A DNA stretch of 49,915 nucleotides from Acidimicrobiia bacterium. Lineage in GTDB: Bacteria; Actinomycetota; Acidimicrobiia; Spongiisociales; SHLN01. The notes below the pieces were generated by a model. The model saw only the letters and a program-made list of their open reading frames with translations, was not told the origin of the DNA and did no database searches. How positions within the stretch are numbered: the stretch's first letter is position 1; each line of letters opens with the position of its first letter. The DNA is taken from assembly GCA_041619515.1 (NCBI GenBank), contig JBFKDW010000010.1, positions 1-49,915 on the forward strand. The letters run 5' to 3'. The translations under genes were made by a program, and so were the position numbers. Below, piece by piece: positions 18,194 through 25,612 of the stretch.

Positions 18194-20233
18194 ATGACGG
18201 CCATCGTGGGCTATCTCGGCATCCTGGTGGCCCTCGTTTCGGCGCTCGCACTCGGTTTGCTGGGAATGCGAGGCGTTCACGATCCCGAGCGGGTGCCCCG
18301 CCGCCATCTGGATCGGGCGGTGTGGGGGATCATGGTCGGCGGCGGCCTGGCTTTCTTCGCGCTCGAGATGGGGCTGCTGATCGATGACTTCTCCGTCGCC
18401 TACATCGCCGATCACTCGGCCAGCACCACACCGTTTGTCTACAAGCTGGCAACGGGCTGGGCGGCCCTCGAAGGAAGCATCGTGCTGTGGGGGCTGGTGC
18501 TGGCGGCTTTCACTTTCACCGTCTACTTGCGATACCGTCGCTCCACCGATCCCGATCCGCTGTGGATCGGGGCGCTTGGAATCATGGGGTTGGTTTCGGC
18601 CTTCTTCTTCGGGATCATGGCGACTATCGCCAACCCGTTTCAGGTGTGTGTGGAAGCGGCCAGCATCGGGTGCCTGGAGGCGAGCAACCTCCCGTGGGCG
18701 GCTGCGATGGCTCCTGTAGAGGGGCCCGGACCCAACCCGTTACTGCAGAACCATCCACTCATGACGATCCACCCGCCGTTGCTGTACATCGGGTATGTCG
18801 GCATGACCGTTCCCTTCGCGTTTGCCATCTCGGCTCTGCTGCGAGGACAAAGCGGAGATGCCTGGCTGCGACGTACCCGCTCCTGGACCCTCGTAGCGTG
18901 GTCTTTCCTCACCGCCGGGATCGTTATCGGTGGCCTGTGGTCATACGAGGTGCTGGGCTGGGGCGGCTATTGGGCGTGGGACCCGGTTGAGAATGCCTCG
19001 TTCATGCCGTGGCTGGTGGCAACCGCCTTCATTCATTCGTCCGTGGTCCAGGAGCGGCGGGGCATGCTCCAGGCCTGGAATTACATACTCGTGATCGCAA
19101 CGTTCGCCCTCACCATTCTCGGCACCTTCCTGACGCGCTCGGGGATCATCGCATCCGTACACAGTTTCACCCAGTCCCCCATAGGCCCGGCGCTCCTGTG
19201 GTTTCTGATGGTGGTGCTCGTCGGCTCGTTGAGCCTGTTCGCCACCCGAATACACCTGGTGGGGTCCTCTCCCCGGCTCAACTCCCTGGCCAGCCGCGAG
19301 GGAGTGTTCCTGTTCAACAACCTCCTGCTTACCGTGTTCGCCTTCGTGGTGCTCATTGGCACCCTTTATCCGATGTTCGTCGAGGCGATCTCAGGTTCCC
19401 AGCTGGGGGTCGGCCGGCCCTTCTTCGACCGCCTCGCCATCCCGCTTTCCTTTGTGCTCCTGCTGGCCATGGGGCTAGGACCCGTCACGCCGTACCGACA
19501 GGCCCGGGCCTCGGTGGTGTGGGAACGAATCCGCACTCCGCTGCGCGGGGCCCTGGCCGCCGGCGCCGGCGCGGTCTTGCTCGGCTATCGGACCGGATAC
19601 CTCGTGCTGGGCGTCGTCGCTGGCACGTTCGTCATCGGGGTGATCGTGCGCCAGTTGTGGGTGACGGCTCAACGCGCCGCAGTCAAGAAACGCGTTCCGA
19701 TAAGGCGTTCCCTGGGAAGAGTGATGCGCAGCGATCCGGGCTACTGGGGCGGGCAGATCGCTCACATCGGCGTAGCCGTGCTGGCGATGGGCATCGCCAT
19801 CTCGGCCAACCAGGGGGTCGAAACCCAGTTGACCCTTGAGCCGGGACAGTCCGCCGCGTTCGCCGGCCACGAGATCACCTATCTCGAAGACTTCTCTCGG
19901 GAGGAGCCCAACCGGAATGTGCTCGGGGCACGCGTCGAGGTGCGGCGCGATGGGCGGGTCGTCTCGGTGCTGGAGCCCCGCCTCAATCAGTATGTCCGCA
20001 GCAGCCAGCCGGTGGCAACCCCGGCGGTCGATACCTCACTGCGCGGTGACTTCTATTTGTCGCTCACCGGCATCGGCGGCGGCCGGATCTCGCTGGATGT
20101 CTTCTGGTTCCCGTTCGTCTGGCTGATCTGGCTCGGCGGCCTGCTGGCGGCTGCCGGAGGAGTGTTTGCACGTGTTGTGCGAAAACCTGCCCGAGCACCG
20201 ACCGAATCCCGGGAGGTCGACGAGCGTGTCTGA
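18194..20233 (+). CDS. ccmF: Cytochrome c heme lyase CcmF/NrfE
   Basis: DDFSVAYI, WAALEGS, NPLLQNH..IHPP, WGGYWAWDPVENAS (WWD motif), TFLTRSG..SVHSF, GGQIAHIG. Confidence 0.96.
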   Translation: MTAIVGYLGILVALVSALALGLLGMRGVHDPERVPRRHLDRAVWGIMVGGGLAFFALEMGLLIDDFSVAYIADHSASTTPFVYKLATGWAALEGSIVLWGLVLAAFTFTVYLRYRRSTDPDPLWIGALGIMGLVSAFFFGIMATIANPFQVCVEAASIGCLEASNLPWAAAMAPVEGPGPNPLLQNHPLMTIHPPLLYIGYVGMTVPFAFAISALLRGQSGDAWLRRTRSWTLVAWSFLTAGIVIGGLWSYEVLGWGGYWAWDPVENASFMPWLVATAFIHSSVVQERRGMLQAWNYILVIATFALTILGTFLTRSGIIASVHSFTQSPIGPALLWFLMVVLVGSLSLFATRIHLVGSSPRLNSLASREGVFLFNNLLLTVFAFVVLIGTLYPMFVEAISGSQLGVGRPFFDRLAIPLSFVLLLAMGLGPVTPYRQARASVVWERIRTPLRGALAAGAGAVLLGYRTGYLVLGVVAGTFVIGVIVRQLWVTAQRAAVKKRVPIRRSLGRVMRSDPGYWGGQIAHIGVAVLAMGIAISANQGVETQLTLEPGQSAAFAGHEITYLEDFSREEPNRNVLGARVEVRRDGRVVSVLEPRLNQYVRSSQPVATPAVDTSLRGDFYLSLTGIGGGRISLDVFWFPFVWLIWLGGLLAAAGGVFARVVRKPARAPTESREVDERV

Positions 20234-20654
20234 CGGCGTGCGCAAAGCGATGGCCGGGCTCCTCACGATTGCGTTGGCCACCATCGTCCTGGTGGGAATC
20301 ATCATTGGCGATGAAACGCCGCAGGACCGTGTCCGGGCTCTCGGGAGCAGCATCAAGTGTCCGGTATGCCAGGGAGAGGCAATTGCCGACTCTCCTTCGG
20401 AAACGGCGACTGCCATGTTGGAAATCGTCGCCGAACAGGTCGATGAGGGACGGTCCGACGACCAGATTCTCGAATACTTTCGTGCCCGCTACGGCGATGG
20501 CATCCTGCTCGATCCTCCGTTCCGGGGGAGAACGCTGGCGCTGTGGCTGCTGCCGGTGGCCGCGGTGGCGGTCGGAGTCGTCATGATTCGTAGCCGCCGA
20601 CAAACTCCCACGATGGTGACACCGGATGGCGACGAGCCTGAGGAAGTCACATGA
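20226..20654 (+). CDS. ccmH: CcmH/NrfF cytochrome c biogenesis protein
   Basis: IKCPVCQGEAIADS and YFRARYGDGILLDPP; GTG start after GGAGG. Confidence 0.92.
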   Translation: MSDGVRKAMAGLLTIALATIVLVGIIIGDETPQDRVRALGSSIKCPVCQGEAIADSPSETATAMLEIVAEQVDEGRSDDQILEYFRARYGDGILLDPPFRGRTLALWLLPVAAVAVGVVMIRSRRQTPTMVTPDGDEPEEVT

Positions 20655-21469
20655 GCGGCGAGGCAGACATGCCCCCCCCGGCCAGCGCTGATTTTTCGCA
20701 ATCTGAGGCGAAGCAACGGCTCGTGGAGCGCCGACAGCACGCTTTGCGTGACCTGGACGAACTGGCCGAGCAGGTGGCGTCGGGGGAGCTGGACGAAGCA
20801 ACAGCTGCCCGGTTGCGCGCCGGATATGAGGCCGAGCTCGAGGCAGTCGACCGGGGGCAGCAAGGCAGCGAATCGGGAGTTCCGACCGAAGGCAGATCTT
20901 CACGGCGAGCGATTGCCGGGGCGTTGTTGCTGATCGCAGCTTTCACGGGGGTAATTCTTCTGGCGTCTCAGACATTCCGGTCGGGGGGCGATCCAAGCCC
21001 GCAAGCACCGTCCGATGTCGCCGCCATTGACGGAGCGACGCTCGAGCAGATGGAGGAGATTGTCGCCTCGCATCCCGATACTCCCGCTATGCGCCTGGCG
21101 CTGGCCGACCTCTACTTTGAACGGGCCAATTATTCCTCGGCCATCGACCACTACCTCGTGGTCCTCTCCGAGAGCGAGCTCACAGACGAAGAGGAGAGCC
21201 GGGCGTTGGGTCGGATCGGGTGGATGGCCTACTCCACCGGTCAGCTGGAGCCCGCGGTTACCTACCTCAGAGCCAGTCTCGTTGCCAATCCCGAATACAT
21301 GGAGGGCAAACTTTTCCTCGCCATGGTGCTCTTCGAAGGGTTCGGCGATGCTGCCGGAGCCGTCCCACTGTTCGAGGAAATACTGGAGGTCCCCAACCTC
21401 CATGACGATATGCGGCTCGCAGTCGAGGCCGCCGCCGAAGAGGCCCGAGCGGCCCTGGATTCCCCATGA
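20651..21469 (+). CDS. ccmI: CcmI/NrfG-like TPR protein
   Basis: LRDLDEL..QVASGELDE..A..LR..YE CcmI-like N-terminus, one TM helix, then TPR-like helices; lies within the ccm operon. Confidence 0.75.
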   Translation: MSGEADMPPPASADFSQSEAKQRLVERRQHALRDLDELAEQVASGELDEATAARLRAGYEAELEAVDRGQQGSESGVPTEGRSSRRAIAGALLLIAAFTGVILLASQTFRSGGDPSPQAPSDVAAIDGATLEQMEEIVASHPDTPAMRLALADLYFERANYSSAIDHYLVVLSESELTDEEESRALGRIGWMAYSTGQLEPAVTYLRASLVANPEYMEGKLFLAMVLFEGFGDAAGAVPLFEEILEVPNLHDDMRLAVEAAAEEARAALDSP

Positions 21470-22053
21470 TCGAAGACGAGACCCGCAGATCACGGAGACG
21501 GAAGCGGGCCTGGCTGGCGATCGCAGGCATCGCCGTGGGCGTCGGGGCGTTGGTGCTCGTCTTTAGCAGCCGCTTCGGCGTAGATCCGCGGCTGGTCAAT
21601 TCTCCCCTCATCGGTGAGCCGATGCCCGCACTCGAACTCGAGCTGTTGGCCGGCGGGGGTTCGCTCGACTTCACCGACCTGAGGGGTGACGTGGTGATCG
21701 TCAACTTCTGGGCATCCTGGTGTTTTCCGTGCCGGGGAGAGCATCCGGCTCTGACCGCGGTGGCGCGCGACTACCAGGATCGCGGAGTGAGTCTGGTCGG
21801 GGTCGTCTATCAGGATCAGCCGGACGAGGCGATGGCCTTCCTCGACGAACTCGGCTGGGGCGGCGACAACTACCGGTACGTGGTCGACCCGAAATCGCGG
21901 GCCGCCGTCGAATTCGGCGTATTCGGGGTTCCTGAGACCTACTTCGTTGATGCCGACGGAATCATCGTGGGCAAGATCCAGGGTGCCGTCACCTCGACGG
22001 CGTTGCGGAGCACCCTCGACCAGATTCTGGCGGGAGAACGCCCCTCCCTCTGA
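21466..22053 (+). CDS. ccmG: CcmG/DsbE thiol:disulfide oxidoreductase
   Basis: N-terminal TM helix, SPLIG, VNFWASWCFPC, FGVFGVPETYFVD. Confidence 0.9.
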   Translation: MIEDETRRSRRRKRAWLAIAGIAVGVGALVLVFSSRFGVDPRLVNSPLIGEPMPALELELLAGGGSLDFTDLRGDVVIVNFWASWCFPCRGEHPALTAVARDYQDRGVSLVGVVYQDQPDEAMAFLDELGWGGDNYRYVVDPKSRAAVEFGVFGVPETYFVDADGIIVGKIQGAVTSTALRSTLDQILAGERPSL

Positions 22054-22229
22054 TGACCTGATGACGGCACCGGGCGGCGGTGGTTGGGTCCGGCTGGGCG
22101 GGGCGATGAACGGAACGGCGGTTTGGTCTGGTCACACGATCCGTCGGTCCGAAGCCCAGCGCGCCAACGCGTGGCGGCTGGAGAGCTGAGCGTCGAACGG
22201 GGTTCCATTACCGTTTTCGAGGAGCAACC

Positions 22230-22396
22230 ATGAACCGCCATCGTTTCGATCCGTTCTCGTTCGTCTTCGGGATCTTGTTTGCCCGATCTGGGTCTTACCG
22301 GTCCTGCTGATTTTGGCTGGGACCGCCATGTTGTGGGCAACGTTCAGCCGGCTGCGGGCGGTCGAACGTGACGGCGTTCGGCCCGACGAAGGCTAA
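22230..22396 (+). pseudogene. Frameshifted or internally deleted remnant of a small membrane protein
   Basis: GAGGAG RBS and MNRHRFDPFSFVFGILF, stopping at 22310; a second frame continues IWVLPVLLILAGTAMLW...EG* to 22396. Confidence 0.45.
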
Positions 22397-22520
22397 AAGG
22401 CTTGGTCCCGAAGCGGCTTGCGACACATGGGCCGTTTGACCGGCGGGGCGAGACGGGGGGACCTGCCGACCCCATCGGTTATTCGACGGGACGCTTCTTC
22501 CAAAACACGCTGCAAAACCG

Positions 22521-22555
22521 AAAACTCGAGGGGCCGGATGCCCGGCCCCTCGGAG
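22521..22555 (-). terminator. Intrinsic terminator of the hexaheme gene
   Basis: 11-bp stem CGAGGGGCCGG / CCGGCCCCTCG (22527-22552), followed by AGTTTTCGGTTTT on the minus strand. Confidence 0.75.
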
Positions 22556-22574
22556 TGCTGTTAGGTCGGATCGG

Positions 22575-23624
22575 CTATTGCAGAACCTCGAGGGCGTACT
22601 CGAGCATCGCCTTGGTATACGCCGGGTTGTGGACTCCGTGGCTCTGGTCTTCTTGCACCATGACGTAGTTCCACATGGCGTTCGCCACTTCTTCAGGGAA
22701 GACGCCATCGACCGAGCGGAATCCTTCTGGGTCGAGATCGTTGTTCAGGATGCCGGCTGCGACCAGCAGCGGCCTGATTTGGGCGAGCAGCTCCTCGGTG
22801 TCGGTCTGCACGCCGTTGCGATCGAACGTATCCAGATCGGCGTGGCAGCTCTGGCAGTTGGCGAGATCGGGTTCGAAGGTGTGATTGCGAGTCTCGCCCA
22901 TATGGCAGCCGACACAGGTGTCTACTACAAGCTGGTAATGCACGCTTTCGGTGCCGGGAATCCCGAGCGCACCTTCGCCGAGCAGCATCTGCGCCTCGGT
23001 TCCGTGGTGGGTGCCGAACCGGCTGGTCCCGGTCTCGATCTCGCCGGCAGTGACCACGGGGGCCTCGTTGCGAATCTGGTGGCAGTTGGCACACAGGTTG
23101 CCGAGGCCGCCGTCGAAGGTGCCGGCCGTGTACTCAAGCTTCACGGCGGCGGCATCGCCGGTCAGGGAGAAGTCGGCGCGGGTGTAGGTCTCATGGATGT
23201 CGTGACAGGTGCGACACGAATACGGTGAGACGTTCTCAACGCCCTCCACCGAAGGGTCGTGGGGAGGAAGGCCGGCTTCGATACGCGCCTCGGCACCCTC
23301 GCTGCCGTGGCAACCGGCGCAATTGGTGCTCTCACCGCGGATAAACGCCTCTCCGGTGCCGTGGACCGATACTTCATTCATCTGCGCCTGCTTGGAGATG
23401 ATGAGGGTTCCACTGTCGTGACACTCGGTGCAGGTGAGGTCGGCTGTGTCTATTACGCCGGCGGGCCCAGCGGGGCCGGCGGGGCCGGCAGGTCCGGCGG
23501 GGCCGGCGGGGCCGGCAGCGCCATCCTCTCCGCCGCTACACCCGGCCAAAACGAGAAACATGCTCATGAAAAGCATCATCCGAACAATCTGACCTAGCGA
23601 CCAAGGTTCGCGCTTAGGGCCCAT
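22575..23624 (-). CDS. Hexaheme c-type cytochrome lipoprotein with collagen-like linker
   Basis: Lipobox LAGC; (GPA)6; CTECH, CAGCH, CRTCH, CANCH, CVGCH, CQSCH; C-terminal EDQSHGVHNPAY resembling the NrfA-superfamily helical bundle; GAGGGAG RBS before ATG 23624 (the ORF extends to 23660). Confidence 0.9.
   Translation of the reverse strand: MGPKREPWSLGQIVRMMLFMSMFLVLAGCSGGEDGAAGPAGPAGPAGPAGPAGPAGVIDTADLTCTECHDSGTLIISKQAQMNEVSVHGTGEAFIRGESTNCAGCHGSEGAEARIEAGLPPHDPSVEGVENVSPYSCRTCHDIHETYTRADFSLTGDAAAVKLEYTAGTFDGGLGNLCANCHQIRNEAPVVTAGEIETGTSRFGTHHGTEAQMLLGEGALGIPGTESVHYQLVVDTCVGCHMGETRNHTFEPDLANCQSCHADLDTFDRNGVQTDTEELLAQIRPLLVAAGILNNDLDPEGFRSVDGVFPEEVANAMWNYVMVQEDQSHGVHNPAYTKAMLEYALEVLQ
23460..23513 (-). 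repeat. 9-bp coding tandem repeat encoding (Gly-Pro-Ala)6
   Basis: GED-GAA-(GPA)6-GVI gives nine Gly-X-Y triplets directly after the lipobox. Confidence 0.9.
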
Positions 23625-23664
23625 GTTCCGCTCCCTCACTGCTTCTGTGTTCGACACCATCCGT

Positions 23665-23682
23665 TTGTGATCCGAATCACGT
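23665..23682. promoter_or_regulatory. Rex- or CRP-like box at the predicted start site of the hexaheme gene
   Basis: TGTGA-TCCGAA-TCACG (23666-23681), just downstream of the minus-strand -10 TAGGTT (23694-23689). Confidence 0.6.
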
Positions 23683-23715
23683 ACCCCAAACCTAGAGGCC
23701 GTGGGGGGGTGTTCC

Positions 23716-23735
23716 GTAGGGTCTTTAGGCCCTAG
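23716..23735. promoter_or_regulatory. DosR/DevR-like palindromic box
   Basis: Minus strand CTAGGGCCTAAAGACCCTAC matches 16/20 to TTAGGGACTAAAGTCCCTAA; centred about -43 from the predicted start site. Confidence 0.65.
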
Positions 23736-23801
23736 GCCGACGCGATGTCGGAAAATAATCTCCCCCCCTCTTGGTGTTCACGCGCTTTGGTCAACTGATC
23801 G

Positions 23802-23840
23802 GCACCGTTATATAACGCTGTTATATAACGGTGCTACACT
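23802..23840. promoter_or_regulatory. Operator/promoter motif, copy 2: perfect 15-bp inverted repeat plus -10
   Basis: GCACCGTTATATAAC-gct-GTTATATAACGGTGC (23802-23834), then TACACT (23835-23840), 9 nt before ATG 23850. Confidence 0.85.
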
Positions 23841-23849
23841 TCAACACCA

Positions 23850-25241
23850 ATGAATGCATCGCTCGCCTCGGCTGTCTCGTCGCCGTTCTGGTGGGAAGGC
23901 GTCGGCTCCCGCCTCGGGACCCGACCCGCCCTGTCCGACGACCTCGCCGTTGATGTCGCCATCGTCGGCGGCGGGTACACCGGGCTCTGGACCGCCTACT
24001 CGCTGGCCGCGGCCGACCCCGACCTGTCGATTGCGGTCCTGGAGAAATCGCACCTGGGCTTTGGTGCCTCCGGCCGCAACGGCGGCTGGTGCTACGACGG
24101 ATTCTCCGCCGGGCTCAGCCGGGTCGAAGCGCTCTCAGATCTAACGACGGCCAGCCGGTTCGGGGCAGTGCTGCGGGAGACCGTCGACGAGATCGGCAAG
24201 GTGGTGGCGGCCGAGGGGATCGACTGCGACTACCACAAGGGCGGCTCGGTGGAATTCCTTCGCAACGGTGGCCAGCTGGCCCGGGCGCACCACGAAGTTG
24301 AGAGTGCGCACCGCTACGGCGCCACTGCCGACGACACGCGGGTCTTATCTGCGGCCGAAGCCGGCGCGATCGCCCGGGTCAGCGACCTGCATGGTGGCCT
24401 ATGGTCGCGCCACACCGCCGCTGTGCACCCGGCCAAACTGGCTCTCGGCCTGGCCGAGGCTGTGGAGCGCCAAGGGGTCCGCATCTTCGAGGACACTGCC
24501 GTCACCGCCATCGAGCCTCAACGCCTAACCACCGCCGGCGGGGCCACCGTTTCGGCTCCCGTGGTGGTGCGTGCCACCGAGGGCTACACCGCCGACCTGC
24601 CCGGGTTCCACCGCCGCATCGCCCCGGTCTACTCGATCATGATTGCCACCGAGCCGTTGCCCCCCTCCCTGTGGGACGAGATCGGCCTGGCGGACCGCCA
24701 GACTTTCGGCGACTACCGCCACACCGTCATCTACGGGCAGCGGACCGCCGACGACCGGATCGCCTTCGGCGGGCGCGCCACCCCCTACAGTTATGGCTCG
24801 CGGATCCGTACGAATGCCGAGTTCCCCGTCGCGGCTTTCGGTCCGGTACACGACGCTTTGTGCGAGGTCTTCCCCCAGCTTGTCGACACAGCCATCAGCC
24901 ATCGGTGGGGCGGCGTCCTCGGGGCCCCCAGAACCTGGCTCCCGACCGTCGGGCTCGATTCGAAGACCGGCCTGGCCTGGGCAGGCGGCTACGTCGGAGC
25001 CGGGGTGGCGGCCACCAACCTGGCCGGACGCACCCTGGCGGACCTCATCACCGGTCGGGAAACCGAGCGCACCCGCTTCCCGTGGGTCAACCGGCACGTC
25101 CGCTCGTGGGAACCGGAGCCGCTCCGTTGGCTCGGGATCTACGCCGCCTATCGCATCATGCTGGGCGCCGACGGCTTCGAGAATCGCACCCATCGTCGCG
25201 CCAAACGCGCCGACCTGGTGTGGTGGCTGGGAAAGCACTGA
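23850..25241 (+). CDS. FAD-dependent amine oxidoreductase (DAO/PuuB-like)
   Basis: DVAIVGGGYTGLWTA, GFGASGRNGGW, VHPAKL, RATEGYT, HRWGG, GGYVGAGV, WEPEPLRW. Confidence 0.9.
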   Translation: MNASLASAVSSPFWWEGVGSRLGTRPALSDDLAVDVAIVGGGYTGLWTAYSLAAADPDLSIAVLEKSHLGFGASGRNGGWCYDGFSAGLSRVEALSDLTTASRFGAVLRETVDEIGKVVAAEGIDCDYHKGGSVEFLRNGGQLARAHHEVESAHRYGATADDTRVLSAAEAGAIARVSDLHGGLWSRHTAAVHPAKLALGLAEAVERQGVRIFEDTAVTAIEPQRLTTAGGATVSAPVVVRATEGYTADLPGFHRRIAPVYSIMIATEPLPPSLWDEIGLADRQTFGDYRHTVIYGQRTADDRIAFGGRATPYSYGSRIRTNAEFPVAAFGPVHDALCEVFPQLVDTAISHRWGGVLGAPRTWLPTVGLDSKTGLAWAGGYVGAGVAATNLAGRTLADLITGRETERTRFPWVNRHVRSWEPEPLRWLGIYAAYRIMLGADGFENRTHRRAKRADLVWWLGKH

Positions 25242-25612
25242 TGGGAGAGCCCGTGCCGTCGTCTGTCCACACTGCCCTTCCCGCCCTTCTCGCCGCCATG
25301 GAGGACGGCGGAATCCGCCCCGGGGCCGACTCCGGGCGGCCGCGCACCGGCTTCACCGAGCTGTTCGCATCCGGCGGTGTCGAAGTCGGAGTCTGGGCCA
25401 GCACGCCGGGCGGCTGGGCAATCGAGAACCGGCCGGACACCGAAGTGGTGTCCATCATCTCGGGCCGGGCCCGCATAACCGACGCCGACGGCACAGCAAC
25501 CGAAGTCGGACGGGGTGACGTCTTCGTCCTCCCCGCCGGCTGGTCGGGCCGGTGGGACGTCATCGAGACCGTCGAGAAGCTGTACGTGACCATCGAAGAG
25601 GAGAACTCATGA
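25241..25612 (+). CDS. Small cupin (DUF861/EutQ-like)
   Basis: GVWASTPG, EVVSIISGRARITD, GDVFVLPAGWSGRWDVIETVEKLY; TGATG coupling. Confidence 0.88.
   Translation: MGEPVPSSVHTALPALLAAMEDGGIRPGADSGRPRTGFTELFASGGVEVGVWASTPGGWAIENRPDTEVVSIISGRARITDADGTATEVGRGDVFVLPAGWSGRWDVIETVEKLYVTIEEENS

Noticed and set aside
22295..22708. ORFs 22295-22708 (-) and 22402-22668 (+)
   Set aside because: They overlap the hexaheme 3' end and its terminator and show no protein-like features.
22575..23660. NrfA nitrite reductase or hydroxylamine oxidoreductase
   Set aside because: Six CxxCH motifs, no CxxCK and no nrfH; the heme count fits neither the pentaheme nor the octaheme enzymes.
14655..23812. Active mobile element (transposon, ICE or prophage)
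   Set aside because: No integrase, transposase or tRNA target is visible; only the flanking repeat, which may simply be an operator.
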